Position numbers and translations under genes: made by a program
Shown here: in pieces, positions 7,252 to 16,453 of the stretch
Layout: the number at the start of each line of letters is the position of its first letter
How positions within the stretch are numbered: position 1 is the first letter of the stretch
Source: a virus
UHGV virus genome: UHGV-0140400
Direction: 5' to 3' (one strand)
Length of the DNA: 18,486 nt
Notes under the pieces: generated by a model
The model's input: only the letters and a program-made list of their open reading frames with translations
Database searches by the model: none
What the model was told of the DNA's origin: nothing

Positions 7252-7346
7252 ACGAGGTATAGTGACAAGTGACGTTTGCCATACGGATTATGTTTTGTTG
7301 TTTATTTACTAGAATGTTCTAGCATACTTATATTATAGCATAATTT

Positions 7347-8768
7347 TTACTTAATGCCACTAAAAAACATAATATTATCCCCTGCATTTTCAGGTACACC
7401 GTCAATCAATGTATATTCAACAACACGACTAGGTGCCCAATAAGGTGGCACGTTATAATTGGCTACTAAAAATGAACCGTCTTTGAATACTGCTACTACG
7501 ACACCCGTATGTCCGACACCGGGTAATGATGCTTGTAAATAAGGGGGTTTACTACTAAATCCATAGCCAACTGTTGGTCGATGTGTGACACGTGCGCCAC
7601 GATTACGATATACCACCCACACACGTTGACCGTTTGTGACTTGTCCGTCGTCGGCAGGTTGTACTTTACCATGTAATTGTGTCATATAACACTGTGTCAA
7701 TTCTGTACATTGACCTGTATTACCAAACCTCGGAAATGTATTACCACTGTTATTTAGATAACTAGGTTTAAATAGTGGCACGTCAATAGCGTCTTTATAT
7801 TTTTTTGGTAATTGAGAATAAGTCCAGTTACCACCAATCACACGTCCACTTTTACCATTAGGTGCAACTGATTTACCCCCTTTATCTGCGCCACCCTCAC
7901 TATCATCGGCACCTGTATCTTTTCCACCACCCCCGTCGATTCTTGATATTAAGTCTTTCATTTCATCAAGTAATTTTTGATTCATATTTAAACGATAGGT
8001 GTTATTGTATGTTTTTGTAATGGTAAACATCTGATTAGAAAAAAATTTATCAGTACCAATAGAGTGCAAATCCCACTGCATACTGTCTTGTAATTTTTTA
8101 AGAAATTCCTCAAAGGCACGTGCAACAACATCAAGCCCACCACTAGAGCCACTAGAACTACTTGAAGCACTACTTGAACCTCCTTTACCGTCTATTTTTC
8201 CACCCCAAGCTAAAATCGTGTTTGAAGCGTCTAAGAATGGATTTCCATATGTTTGCACTCGGTTATAACTTGCTTGTAATCCCTCAGGATAATAAGCAGC
8301 CCAAGTTGCTGCAGCTGTTAATGGAATATAGGCACGACCGACTTTACCATTTTTCATATTATGTGAAAAATCATAATTACCTTTTGCTTTTACACTTGCA
8401 GGCACAAAGTCTACGGGATTTCCTGCGTCAATCCACGAGGGTGTACCTGCTTGACGAGATTGAGACACAAGTTTACGTGCAACAAATTGTGCGTCTGATA
8501 AATAATTACCCTGTGGTGTTGTATGGTTAAGCCAACCCCAACTACCATTATAGCCCTCATTTTTTTCATAAGCACTAAATAATGCAGGTGATACCCCAAT
8601 GCTTTTAACTGCACTCAAGACCTGCCTAATTTTACCTGAATCATTACCACACCACGCTTGAAATCGTCCAATCCCTTTAACTTTAGGTACTAAATCATCA
8701 ACACTTAATCCAAAATCATCATTTAAATTAGAATGAATAAACTTATCAATTTTTTCTTTATCATTCAT
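7347..8768 (-). CDS. Virion-associated peptidoglycan hydrolase (tail lysin/tail spike): N-terminal lysozyme-like domain, two Gly/Ser-rich linkers, C-terminal CHAP peptidase domain
   Basis: The C-terminus carries the CHAP catalytic Cys (GQCTELTQCY) and His (GVGHTGVVVAV). The linkers are GGSSSASSSSSGSSGG and GGGGKDTGADDSEGGADKGGK. It is the last gene of the late operon and overlaps the holin stop in ATGAATGA. Confidence 0.7.
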   Translation of the reverse strand: MNDKEKIDKFIHSNLNDDFGLSVDDLVPKVKGIGRFQAWCGNDSGKIRQVLSAVKSIGVSPALFSAYEKNEGYNGSWGWLNHTTPQGNYLSDAQFVARKLVSQSRQAGTPSWIDAGNPVDFVPASVKAKGNYDFSHNMKNGKVGRAYIPLTAAATWAAYYPEGLQASYNRVQTYGNPFLDASNTILAWGGKIDGKGGSSSASSSSSGSSGGLDVVARAFEEFLKKLQDSMQWDLHSIGTDKFFSNQMFTITKTYNNTYRLNMNQKLLDEMKDLISRIDGGGGKDTGADDSEGGADKGGKSVAPNGKSGRVIGGNWTYSQLPKKYKDAIDVPLFKPSYLNNSGNTFPRFGNTGQCTELTQCYMTQLHGKVQPADDGQVTNGQRVWVVYRNRGARVTHRPTVGYGFSSKPPYLQASLPGVGHTGVVVAVFKDGSFLVANYNVPPYWAPSRVVEYTLIDGVPENAGDNIMFFSGIK

Positions 8769-9183
8769 CTTTATTCACTTCTTTCATTGGCTTGTTATCA
8801 CGACTTCTTATGACTTTTAATTTTTCCCCAATTTCTTCAGGAATCAGTACCCCCATTTCTGCACAGTTTTCAACAATAGATAATCCCTCATTCGCTATAT
8901 AGAAAAAGATTGTTACCATTAATAAACCATTGTTTAGATTTAATATTTGGTCGATGATATTTGCTAAAATGATAATACAGAAAATGAGTATTTTACGACC
9001 AAATCCATACATGCTTTTTCTACTCCATAAGTTTTTATTTTTAAAGGCTTTAGCTAAACCTGTAATAATATCAATTAACATTAAAACCATTAAAAAATAC
9101 AGTAATTTTATATCACCTGCATATATAAATGTGTGAAATGCGTCAGTTTGTGTATATTGTACGTGTAATTCACCTTTTTCCAT
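8761..9183 (-). CDS. Holin (phage_holin_4/LL-H-type, 140 aa, three predicted transmembrane segments)
   Basis: The hydrophobic segments are LLYFLMVLMLIDIITGLA, ILIFCIIILANIIDQIL and GLLMVTIFFYIANEGLSIVEN, with a charged C-terminal tail. Its position matches 44AHJD-like phages. Confidence 0.65.
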   Translation of the reverse strand: MEKGELHVQYTQTDAFHTFIYAGDIKLLYFLMVLMLIDIITGLAKAFKNKNLWSRKSMYGFGRKILIFCIIILANIIDQILNLNNGLLMVTIFFYIANEGLSIVENCAEMGVLIPEEIGEKLKVIRSRDNKPMKEVNKDE

Positions 9184-9192
9184 TTTTTAAAC

Positions 9193-10959
9193 CTACTTTC
9201 TAAATTTATTTTTAAATACATTTTGTGCCATTGGATTGTTTGTTCCGTCGTTATGCCAAAATCTGACACCCGTTTCAAGTAATACTTTCAATTGTTCTAA
9301 AAGCATAGGGTCGATACCGTCAATAGTATATGTACCTCTCATTCTTAAATAATTGCATACCGTCCATGAATCAATTGGGAATGGTGTTCCTGCTTGGTCG
9401 TTCGTTTCAAAACCTAACATGAAATAATAACGTTGAATATTATCCATGTCGAAGGGCGCGGGTACACCGATTTTCATGGTTAATCCATTAATACTATTTG
9501 CGATTTGGAACGCATTTCCCATTTGTGAACTTGTCACAGTAGGGGGTTGTAATGCTAAGTCTTTATATTCTGCACGTAATTCTTTATAGTAATTATACTC
9601 ATCATTAAATTTTGAAAATAAAGCCGTTGGTGAAAGATTAGAACCAATACTTACGGCGTCATAAAATCTTGATTTCAAATCATTACCATTGACAACATTA
9701 TTGATTCTGCTAGATATTAAATTACTTTGTGCATTTTTTTGTTTGTTGGCTTGTTGAGATTGTGCAAGTAATCCATTATCAATTAAAATAGGGACTTCGG
9801 CAAAACTATCAAACGTGATAGCCGTATTTAAAAATGAACCTGTATCAATCAAAATTGAATTATCACTTGCTTGTATTGGTTTTTCATTGGGTGCGCTATT
9901 ATAGTCAACGGGATAAATACGTACCTCATTATGATAACCAATAATAGATTTTGTTCTTAACTTAACCCCTGTTCTTTCTGTTATTTTTCCTGCGTCAAGT
10001 AATAAACTGTCACCATTCCATGAATATATTTCAATCGTTAAATATTCATTTCTCACTAAATGTTTTAATTCATCTTGATTACTATTTAACATATATTGCA
10101 ATCGTTCAAATGGTACACGTAATTCTTTTAATTCCCACTCATTAGATAATTTATCATTTTTAAGTGTCATTAATCCTTTTATATCTTCTTGTGTTTTGAC
10201 TGCTTCTAAATCATCTTTATTAATAAATGTTGCAGGTATTAATATGATTTTTTGAAAGTTTTGTGTAATCCATGGATATTTACTCATTTTATCCATAAAG
10301 TTATTAAAATCCTCACGATTCATGACATATAAATTAACTGGACTTGTAATGTAATCGTAAGTAATCCCTTTTGAAGATTCTAAGTTTGGTTCTTTTTTAG
10401 TACCAAATTTTTTAGATAAATCAGCACTTGATTGGAATAAAACAAGATTACCACCAAACTGTTCAAGATAATTATTCAGATAGTATTTGTTACTGGCTTT
10501 AATAACATCATCATTATTTCTCAGTGATGGTAACAAATAATTATAGACATCACGTGGTAAATGTTGACGTTCAACAAAAACATTTTGTACTTGAGATAAT
10601 ACATTACCCTGTGTGTAAGTCATGACTGTATCAATGACTAAATACATACGCGTAACATGATCATTGACATATTCAATTTGATTGACAAACGCGTAATAAC
10701 GTCTATTTTCAAAATCAGATTTAAATGTACAATAATTGATACCCTGTGCGTCTTGCCATGACATTTGCTCAAGATTTACCATGTTTCTATCACGTATAAA
10801 ATTAAACGGAATATTTTTATAATCAATTGCTTTAAAATGATTTTCATTTAAAAAATAGTTGTCACGTTCATTGTTTGATGAAAAGTGAATCGTGTTTTGA
10901 TAATCTGTCAGTGGTGTGTTATAGAAAAATTTAAAATGTGTCAGTTTTCTATCTGCCAT
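9193..10959 (-). CDS. Putative tail knob/distal tail tube protein (phi29 gp9-like, 588 aa)
   Basis: Called from size and its position between the holin and the lysin/fibre genes. A GGAGGA SD is present. No diagnostic motif, so the call rests on synteny. Confidence 0.4.
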   Translation of the reverse strand: MADRKLTHFKFFYNTPLTDYQNTIHFSSNNERDNYFLNENHFKAIDYKNIPFNFIRDRNMVNLEQMSWQDAQGINYCTFKSDFENRRYYAFVNQIEYVNDHVTRMYLVIDTVMTYTQGNVLSQVQNVFVERQHLPRDVYNYLLPSLRNNDDVIKASNKYYLNNYLEQFGGNLVLFQSSADLSKKFGTKKEPNLESSKGITYDYITSPVNLYVMNREDFNNFMDKMSKYPWITQNFQKIILIPATFINKDDLEAVKTQEDIKGLMTLKNDKLSNEWELKELRVPFERLQYMLNSNQDELKHLVRNEYLTIEIYSWNGDSLLLDAGKITERTGVKLRTKSIIGYHNEVRIYPVDYNSAPNEKPIQASDNSILIDTGSFLNTAITFDSFAEVPILIDNGLLAQSQQANKQKNAQSNLISSRINNVVNGNDLKSRFYDAVSIGSNLSPTALFSKFNDEYNYYKELRAEYKDLALQPPTVTSSQMGNAFQIANSINGLTMKIGVPAPFDMDNIQRYYFMLGFETNDQAGTPFPIDSWTVCNYLRMRGTYTIDGIDPMLLEQLKVLLETGVRFWHNDGTNNPMAQNVFKNKFRK

Positions 10960-10977
10960 AAAATATCCTCCTTATAT

Positions 10978-11008
10978 GTAAAAATAGACACGCTTTCACG
11001 TGTCTATT
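10978..11008 (-). terminator. Internal intrinsic terminator/attenuator in the late operon, between the 263-aa gene and the tail-knob gene
   Basis: aatagacacg-ctttca-cgtgtctatt is a 10-bp stem. On the - strand it is followed by TTTT. Confidence 0.5.
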
Positions 11009-11018
11009 ATATCATAAT

Positions 11019-11810
11019 TTAATCCATAAATACGGTATTAATTGGACACCACTCATCACCTGTTGGACTAGGGTAGGTTGTTCCCTCAATAACAACATCA
11101 CCTGCACGCATAATTGTAATTCTTGTGTAGTAAATTGAACCTGATTTTTTACTAGTATTTTGAACATAGTAATGTGGATTTGTGAACTCTCCATTGATTG
11201 GGATTTTTCCTACTGTAATAGAATCACCATTATACCCTTTCACTGCACCACGTAAAGCAACTGTTTTAATGCCTTTTACGTTAGTAATTCGATATTGTGG
11301 TGGGTCGGTATGTGGTATTAACCCACTACCTGTGATTGTGATATTTTGCCAACCTGTATCATCAATAGTAATACCATTGATTTTTTCCGTATTCGATTGA
11401 ATTTTTTGATTTGTTTCTTTTATCTTTTCGTTTAACGTTTTTTGTTCTTGTTTCAATTCGTCGATATTAATGGAATCAAGTTTTTGTTTCATTTCTTCTA
11501 AATGTGCATTGTCTAATTTTTCAGTGACTTCTTTTACTTTTAATTTGTTATCTTCGACCGATGTCTCAATGACTTTGATTTTTTCTTCATTATCATAGAT
11601 ACGTTTTTCATTGTCTGATAATTTTTCTTGAACTTCTTGAACCTCATCTTGTAGTGGTTCGATACTTTCTAAATGAAGAAAACCATTTTTTGTGTAAATG
11701 TAAATATCACCATCAATCGTTGATAATATATCATTTTCATCAACAAGATTTGTATTAAAATTTTCTAAGTGGTAAATATCTTTTACACTTCTTACAAATT
11801 TACTAGCCAT
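11019..11810 (-). CDS. Structural protein with a central coiled-coil and a C-terminal beta-rich domain (putative fibre/receptor-binding accessory protein)
   Basis: Residues about 50..140 are heptad-like and Glu/Lys-rich. The GGAGG SD overlaps the endolysin stop (TAAATG junction). Confidence 0.4.
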   Translation of the reverse strand: MASKFVRSVKDIYHLENFNTNLVDENDILSTIDGDIYIYTKNGFLHLESIEPLQDEVQEVQEKLSDNEKRIYDNEEKIKVIETSVEDNKLKVKEVTEKLDNAHLEEMKQKLDSINIDELKQEQKTLNEKIKETNQKIQSNTEKINGITIDDTGWQNITITGSGLIPHTDPPQYRITNVKGIKTVALRGAVKGYNGDSITVGKIPINGEFTNPHYYVQNTSKKSGSIYYTRITIMRAGDVVIEGTTYPSPTGDEWCPINTVFMD

Positions 11811-12716
11811 TTAGTCAACCTCCAATTTTCCCCAAAGATTTTTTTCATTTTTAATTTTTTCTTGTTTATCTTCAATATGACCGATTGGCATATAAAATCT
11901 TTCTTTACTAGCACCTTTTTGTTGGTAATAAAAACCTAACCACCAATAACCATCTTTTTTAATAATTCTATCAAATTTAACATATTGATTAGGATATATC
12001 CAAGAATTTTTATCAACCATTGTACCTTTTAAACCTGGTTGTTTTCTTACAACAATCGGTTCTTTATTGGTTTTATGTGTTGTAAATTTTCCAGTCCAAT
12101 TGAAAATTGTTTTAGGTTGTTTTTTTAATGACTTAGATTTTCCTTTCATATATCCCACAACTAAATTGTCAATCACTTTCATATCACGTCGACCATAACC
12201 ACATGCTGCTAAGATGTTTCCTGGGTCTTGTTTATCAGCTTGAATATCTTGATGCCCCGGCATTTCATTTTTAGGATTAATAGTCCATGATTCACAAAAT
12301 ACTGCTGCTATACGACACGCATTATCTAATGACTTCATTGAACGTTCTTTATTTTTAAAGTAACATGCTTCAATACCAAAAGCACCATCATTTGCATCAA
12401 CACCATACCAAGCATTATCAGTTGGCGTATCATACAATACATGCCATGCTTTCTCTGTAACTGGAATACATATAATAGCTTCTTTATCATCAACAAATAC
12501 GTGTGCGCTTGCAACCATTGCCCAATCAATATTATACGTATTTCTATAGTAATTCACATTATCTTGTGCTGTGGTATCTGGATTGCCTGTGTCATGAAAG
12601 ACTGCAAAACGTGGTTTTCCTGTTGTAAGTTTTTGACCTGTGCGTCTTGTTCCAAATGGTAAAAAGTCAGTATAAACGGGAACACCGTTCCATGTACCTA
12701 TTTTTTTCTTACTCAT
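11811..12716 (-). CDS. Endolysin: N-acetylmuramoyl-L-alanine amidase (Amidase_2/PGRP) with a C-terminal SH3b (SH3_5) cell-wall-binding domain
   Basis: The Zn-ligand context is AVFHDTGN, and PGHQDIQADKQDPG is the PGRP-type H...DP motif. The C-terminal SH3_5 signature is YWWLGFYYQQKGASKERFYMPIG. A GGAGG SD lies 7 nt from the ATG. Confidence 0.75.
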   Translation of the reverse strand: MSKKKIGTWNGVPVYTDFLPFGTRRTGQKLTTGKPRFAVFHDTGNPDTTAQDNVNYYRNTYNIDWAMVASAHVFVDDKEAIICIPVTEKAWHVLYDTPTDNAWYGVDANDGAFGIEACYFKNKERSMKSLDNACRIAAVFCESWTINPKNEMPGHQDIQADKQDPGNILAACGYGRRDMKVIDNLVVGYMKGKSKSLKKQPKTIFNWTGKFTTHKTNKEPIVVRKQPGLKGTMVDKNSWIYPNQYVKFDRIIKKDGYWWLGFYYQQKGASKERFYMPIGHIEDKQEKIKNEKNLWGKLEVD

Positions 12717-12737
12717 TAAATCGCCTCCATTTTATTT

Positions 12738-12763
12738 AAAAAGGGTAGAATAATCTACCCTTT
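12738..12763. terminator. Intrinsic terminator (hairpin usable on both strands) overlapping the stop of the appendage/fibre gene, upstream of the endolysin
   Basis: aaagggtaga-ataa-tctacccttt is a 10-bp stem. The - strand transcript continues with a U-run (TTTTT). Confidence 0.5.
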
Positions 12764-13831
12764 TATAATGAACCCTTTACTATCCATTGTATTAGGTTCT
12801 ATGTTTGTTGAATATCCATGGTCTTTATCTGTAAATATCCTACTACCATTATACACGTTATATACTGTTTTGTTACTAGATATGTTAGAACCAAAACAAG
12901 TAATTTCACCACCACGTGTTGCATAAACGGGTTCATTTTTAGTACCTGAAATATTTGACGCTTCGGCGAACACTTTAGACGCATAAGCTAAAATACCAAA
13001 GTCACCACTACCTGTGATTGTAATTCTATCTGCAAATATTTGTCCACCACGTGTCGCTTCAATACCATTACGTCCTGCATGTTCAATGACGGCTTCGTTA
13101 ATAGAAATCATTGAACCATACGCTAATACGTTATCATCTTTTGAACGTGACACTTTCGCACCATATGCTGCAACATAACCACCACGTGTTGATTCTAATC
13201 CACGACGACCGTTACCGTCACAATTAATTTCTTGACAATACACATCACCTGCGTAGGCAAGTACACCATTACGTTTATTACCATTGGTTGTTGATAATCT
13301 CGCTTGTACCGTTGAACCATGTGTACATTGAATACCATCAAGTCCATTCTCATTAGCATTACCACTTGTGAAATCAAGTTTTGAGTTGTTACTTGCGATG
13401 ACACCATGCCATTTATTACGTGAAGCCGTTGCACCTGTTGCGTCAATAGAACAACCCCTGTTTGCCATAATACCACTTGCACCACAACCATTAGCAATCC
13501 CTTTATCAAAGTTAATATTTGATGAACGTGTTGCAATAACACCGTACGTTGTTTGTGAATTTGAGCAATCAGAATATCTTAAATCAATATCACTTGAAGC
13601 ATAACTAACAACATTATCATCAATTGTATCAGTGATTTTACAGTTTCTTGCACTCGCTTGTGAACCTGTAGTCACCATTAAACCATGGTGTCCGTTAAAT
13701 CTTGCTTCGGTAAAATCAATATAACCACTTGCACCATGTGAGAAGTGTATTCCAATTTCACCACAACGATTGACTGTCATATAGTTACCTGTTAATGATG
13801 AATTAAATATTCTTAATCCGTCACCATACAT
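12755..13831 (-). CDS. C-terminal part (358 codons) of the pre-neck appendage/tail fibre: right-handed parallel beta-helix (pectate-lyase-like) domain
   Basis: Repetitive Gly/Asn/Ser/Thr-rich turns (ATRGG..., NG.G..A.G periodicity) are typical of beta-helix depolymerases and phi29 gp12. There is no SD in front of its first ATG. It is in the same frame as the upstream 209-codon ORF, separated from it by one TGA and 41 sense codons. Confidence 0.6.
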   Translation of the reverse strand: MYGDGLRIFNSSLTGNYMTVNRCGEIGIHFSHGASGYIDFTEARFNGHHGLMVTTGSQASARNCKITDTIDDNVVSYASSDIDLRYSDCSNSQTTYGVIATRSSNINFDKGIANGCGASGIMANRGCSIDATGATASRNKWHGVIASNNSKLDFTSGNANENGLDGIQCTHGSTVQARLSTTNGNKRNGVLAYAGDVYCQEINCDGNGRRGLESTRGGYVAAYGAKVSRSKDDNVLAYGSMISINEAVIEHAGRNGIEATRGGQIFADRITITGSGDFGILAYASKVFAEASNISGTKNEPVYATRGGEITCFGSNISSNKTVYNVYNGSRIFTDKDHGYSTNIEPNTMDSKGFIIKG

Positions 13832-13954
13832 ATTTTGTTGATTATTATATTCTTCTAATTGTTCTCTATTTCCATTATAGGAAAAATCACAATAGTTAGC
13901 TTGAATATGTGAACCATTGACACCACATAAACCAATAAAATTAAAGTGTGTAGA

Positions 13955-14584
13955 TCAACCACGTTCAGTCATTTCAAACGTTGTATTATCCATCAAGAAA
14001 CCACAGTTAATACTATCTGAAAAATCTTTGTTTTGAAGTTTAAAATCAATTTTAGGGAATGTTGAATTTATTCCATAAAATAATGGTTTTACTCTAAAAA
14101 TTGGATTTGTTTTTATTTCAACTTGACGATTTAATTCAGTTTCATAGGCTTCTACAATATCATTTTCTGATGTAATCGTAATATGATTATAACGTTTATC
14201 ACGTAAGAATAATTGTTCTCGCATCATGTAATCTTTAAGTAATATCACACGTATAGATTTTGGTTGAACAATTAAATTTTCAATGTAATCAAAACAATGA
14301 TTCAATGTGTCAAAATCACCTTTTTGTCCTACTGTATAAGTGACATCTGTATTTGATAACGTTAAAGCGTCGTTTGTTTCTTTCATTTTTTGTATATCAT
14401 CTGCTAAACCATTGACAAAATCACATAATTCAAAAATAAAACCATTAAATCGCGCTAAATAATCATAATATGATTTTGAATTGGTATTATAATCTGCATT
14501 ATCACTGTAAAATTGTTCACGATATATGCCACGACGATACCCGTATTCATTATTATAATTGATTCGACCGTTATTTATATACAT
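13955..14584 (-). CDS. N-terminal part (209 codons) of the same appendage/tail-fibre gene, ending at an in-frame TGA
   Basis: A GGAGGA SD lies 7 nt from ATG 14584. The ORF ends ...EMTERG-TGA at 13955..13957. The frame continues open (STHFNFIGLCGVNGSHIQANYCDFSYNGNREQLEEYNNQQN) into the beta-helix ORF. Confidence 0.55.
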   Translation of the reverse strand: MYINNGRINYNNEYGYRRGIYREQFYSDNADYNTNSKSYYDYLARFNGFIFELCDFVNGLADDIQKMKETNDALTLSNTDVTYTVGQKGDFDTLNHCFDYIENLIVQPKSIRVILLKDYMMREQLFLRDKRYNHITITSENDIVEAYETELNRQVEIKTNPIFRVKPLFYGINSTFPKIDFKLQNKDFSDSINCGFLMDNTTFEMTERG

Positions 14585-14596
14585 ATTTTTATCCTC

Positions 14597-15448
14597 CTAC
14601 CATATGTGTAAAAAACATTCTTTATCATATGTTTTAAATATTGTATCACGCATTGAATATAACTTTTGTAAGTTATCTATTAAGTATTGTTTTGTTAATC
14701 CTGTTCGATTCATTTCATTTTGTGACTCAGTATTACGTTTCGTATCACTTTCACCATTTCTTAATGAATCAAACGTATTATCTTTTGCACCTGTTTTTTC
14801 TGATACTGTTTCACTGGTATTTTTATCACGTGAAATCGTATTTGTGTCTGCATAATCAAGTACCGTATTATCAACATCAATATTGACTTTTGACTGTGGT
14901 AGGGTAGATTCTGCAGTACGATTATCATCAAAGCTTTTTGTGATTGTATCTTCATAGTCTTTATATTCTTCATGACCTTTGTCTTGTTGTCTGTCTTTCG
15001 TTTGACCCTGTTCGATTGCATTTTCTAATGCTTTACCAATATCAGTAGACTGTGTGTCTGTTACTTGTTCAATGTATTTATAAATATCTGAACCATAGAC
15101 ACGATATATATAATCTTCATGTGTCATGGTGATATATAAAACTTGACTTGCAAACGATTCTACCGTTTGTCTGCCAATTTCTCTATATAAAAAACGCAAT
15201 GTAAAACTTTCTTTAAAATATCGGTCAATGCGTTCATCATTAAACATGAAACCTTTAAAAAACATATGATCAACAATTTGTTTAACATCATCATCAAAAT
15301 ACAACATCTTTTGCATAAATGCATGTTTTGAATCATTAAAGTGGATTCTATCATTATTAACAAATTCATTTAATCCCAAACGTTGTAATTCACTTTCAAT
15401 GATTTCATATAATGTTGTTGTGTGTTTACTCAACTTTTCCACCACCAA
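14597..15448 (-). CDS. Putative lower collar protein (phi29 gp11-like, about 280 aa)
   Basis: Called from size and its position between the portal and appendage genes. The start is uncertain: TTG 15448 has no SD, and TTG 15431 (SD-like GGTGG) is an alternative. The central region is acidic. Confidence 0.4.
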   Translation of the reverse strand: MVVEKLSKHTTTLYEIIESELQRLGLNEFVNNDRIHFNDSKHAFMQKMLYFDDDVKQIVDHMFFKGFMFNDERIDRYFKESFTLRFLYREIGRQTVESFASQVLYITMTHEDYIYRVYGSDIYKYIEQVTDTQSTDIGKALENAIEQGQTKDRQQDKGHEEYKDYEDTITKSFDDNRTAESTLPQSKVNIDVDNTVLDYADTNTISRDKNTSETVSEKTGAKDNTFDSLRNGESDTKRNTESQNEMNRTGLTKQYLIDNLQKLYSMRDTIFKTYDKECFLHIW

Positions 15449-16433
15449 AATTATCAGTCTTTAGATTCATAATATCCATTTCAGATATAGCTTCATCATC
15501 ATAATAAGGGTGAATATCTAAATTAAAACGACGATTTAACATTTCAAAAGGATTACGACCCCTTAAATAGATATTACTATTTGATGTAGTAAATGAACGA
15601 TTTGATTTAGCTTCGGTATCACTGACACCACTTTCTTTATCAACTGCAAGTGAGTTGACACCTAAAAAGTTTGATAATTCACTCACTTTATTTTGATATT
15701 CTCGTTTCATTTCAACTAAAGCAGTAGTTACAAAATCACTACCCAAGTCAATGATATCTTCTTCAGGGTCAATGTATTTATCTGTCTTAATAAAAGGTGC
15801 ACCATTATTCAATTTATTAATAAACTGATTAATCGTTTCATCTTGAATATCAGATAAAAATATTTTACTAAATTTAGACTGCATAATAAGTGAAAAGCGA
15901 GATAATATAATTTCTGCTAATTCATCACAATAATGTTCGATAATCTGATAATCATTATTTAAATTGACGGGTTTATTTCTTAATACAATAAAGTCACCAC
16001 TTTGGCATTTATCATAATATTCAATTTCTAAAGCATAATCAGGTCTTAAATAATCAGGAATAATAAATGTGATGTCATCTTGAGTTAATCTCTTATTAAA
16101 AGTTAAATTGAAGTTATTTATAAAATCGTTACTATTTTTATAATACATTGATTGGATATAACCTAATATCATAATGACACCATTTCTTGCTTTACCAACT
16201 ACAACTTGATAACCCTGTCTTAAAGCAATTTCAAGTTGTAAGAAATCAATGCCAACTGAATTTTGATTTGTATAATTGATAAGTAAGGGTAAAAATTCCA
16301 CGTAACGATTAAAAATTAACCGACGAAAACGGTTCCTATGTTCCATTATTCGTCGGTCAATATCTTCAGTCAATTCAACTTTTAAACCAACATCTTTATT
16401 TTTTCCGATGTAATCGTTATCTAAATAACTCAT
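15426..16433 (-). CDS. Putative portal/upper collar (connector) protein (phi29 gp10-like, 335 aa)
   Basis: An AAGGAGGA SD is present. It lies directly downstream of the major capsid gene and is connector-sized. The call rests on synteny. Confidence 0.5.
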   Translation of the reverse strand: MSYLDNDYIGKNKDVGLKVELTEDIDRRIMEHRNRFRRLIFNRYVEFLPLLINYTNQNSVGIDFLQLEIALRQGYQVVVGKARNGVIMILGYIQSMYYKNSNDFINNFNLTFNKRLTQDDITFIIPDYLRPDYALEIEYYDKCQSGDFIVLRNKPVNLNNDYQIIEHYCDELAEIILSRFSLIMQSKFSKIFLSDIQDETINQFINKLNNGAPFIKTDKYIDPEEDIIDLGSDFVTTALVEMKREYQNKVSELSNFLGVNSLAVDKESGVSDTEAKSNRSFTTSNSNIYLRGRNPFEMLNRRFNLDIHPYYDDEAISEMDIMNLKTDNFGGGKVE

Positions 16434-16453
16434 GGTTTAAAAGTCCTCCTTTA

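Noticed and set aside
7300-7325. Small palindrome ctagaa-tg-ttctag downstream of the tail-lysin stop
   Set aside because: The loop is too short and there is no U-run. The strong bidirectional hairpin at 7224..7251 better explains termination for this strand.
7988-9136. Antisense or nested ORFs inside the tail lysin and holin genes (7988..8170 -, 8162..8530 +, 8411..8614 -, 8930..9136 +)
   Set aside because: They overlap strongly supported CDSs in other frames or strands, have no initiation signals, and have unusual composition.
12755-14584. Hypothesis that the host uses genetic code 4 (TGA = Trp), which would make the fibre gene continuous
   Set aside because: Every other Trp checked is encoded by TGG, and TGA serves as the terminal stop of at least three genes (SGNH, polymerase, holin). 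Each of these is followed closely by another stop, so code 4 cannot be fully excluded, but a code-4 host would be expected to use TGA abundantly for Trp.
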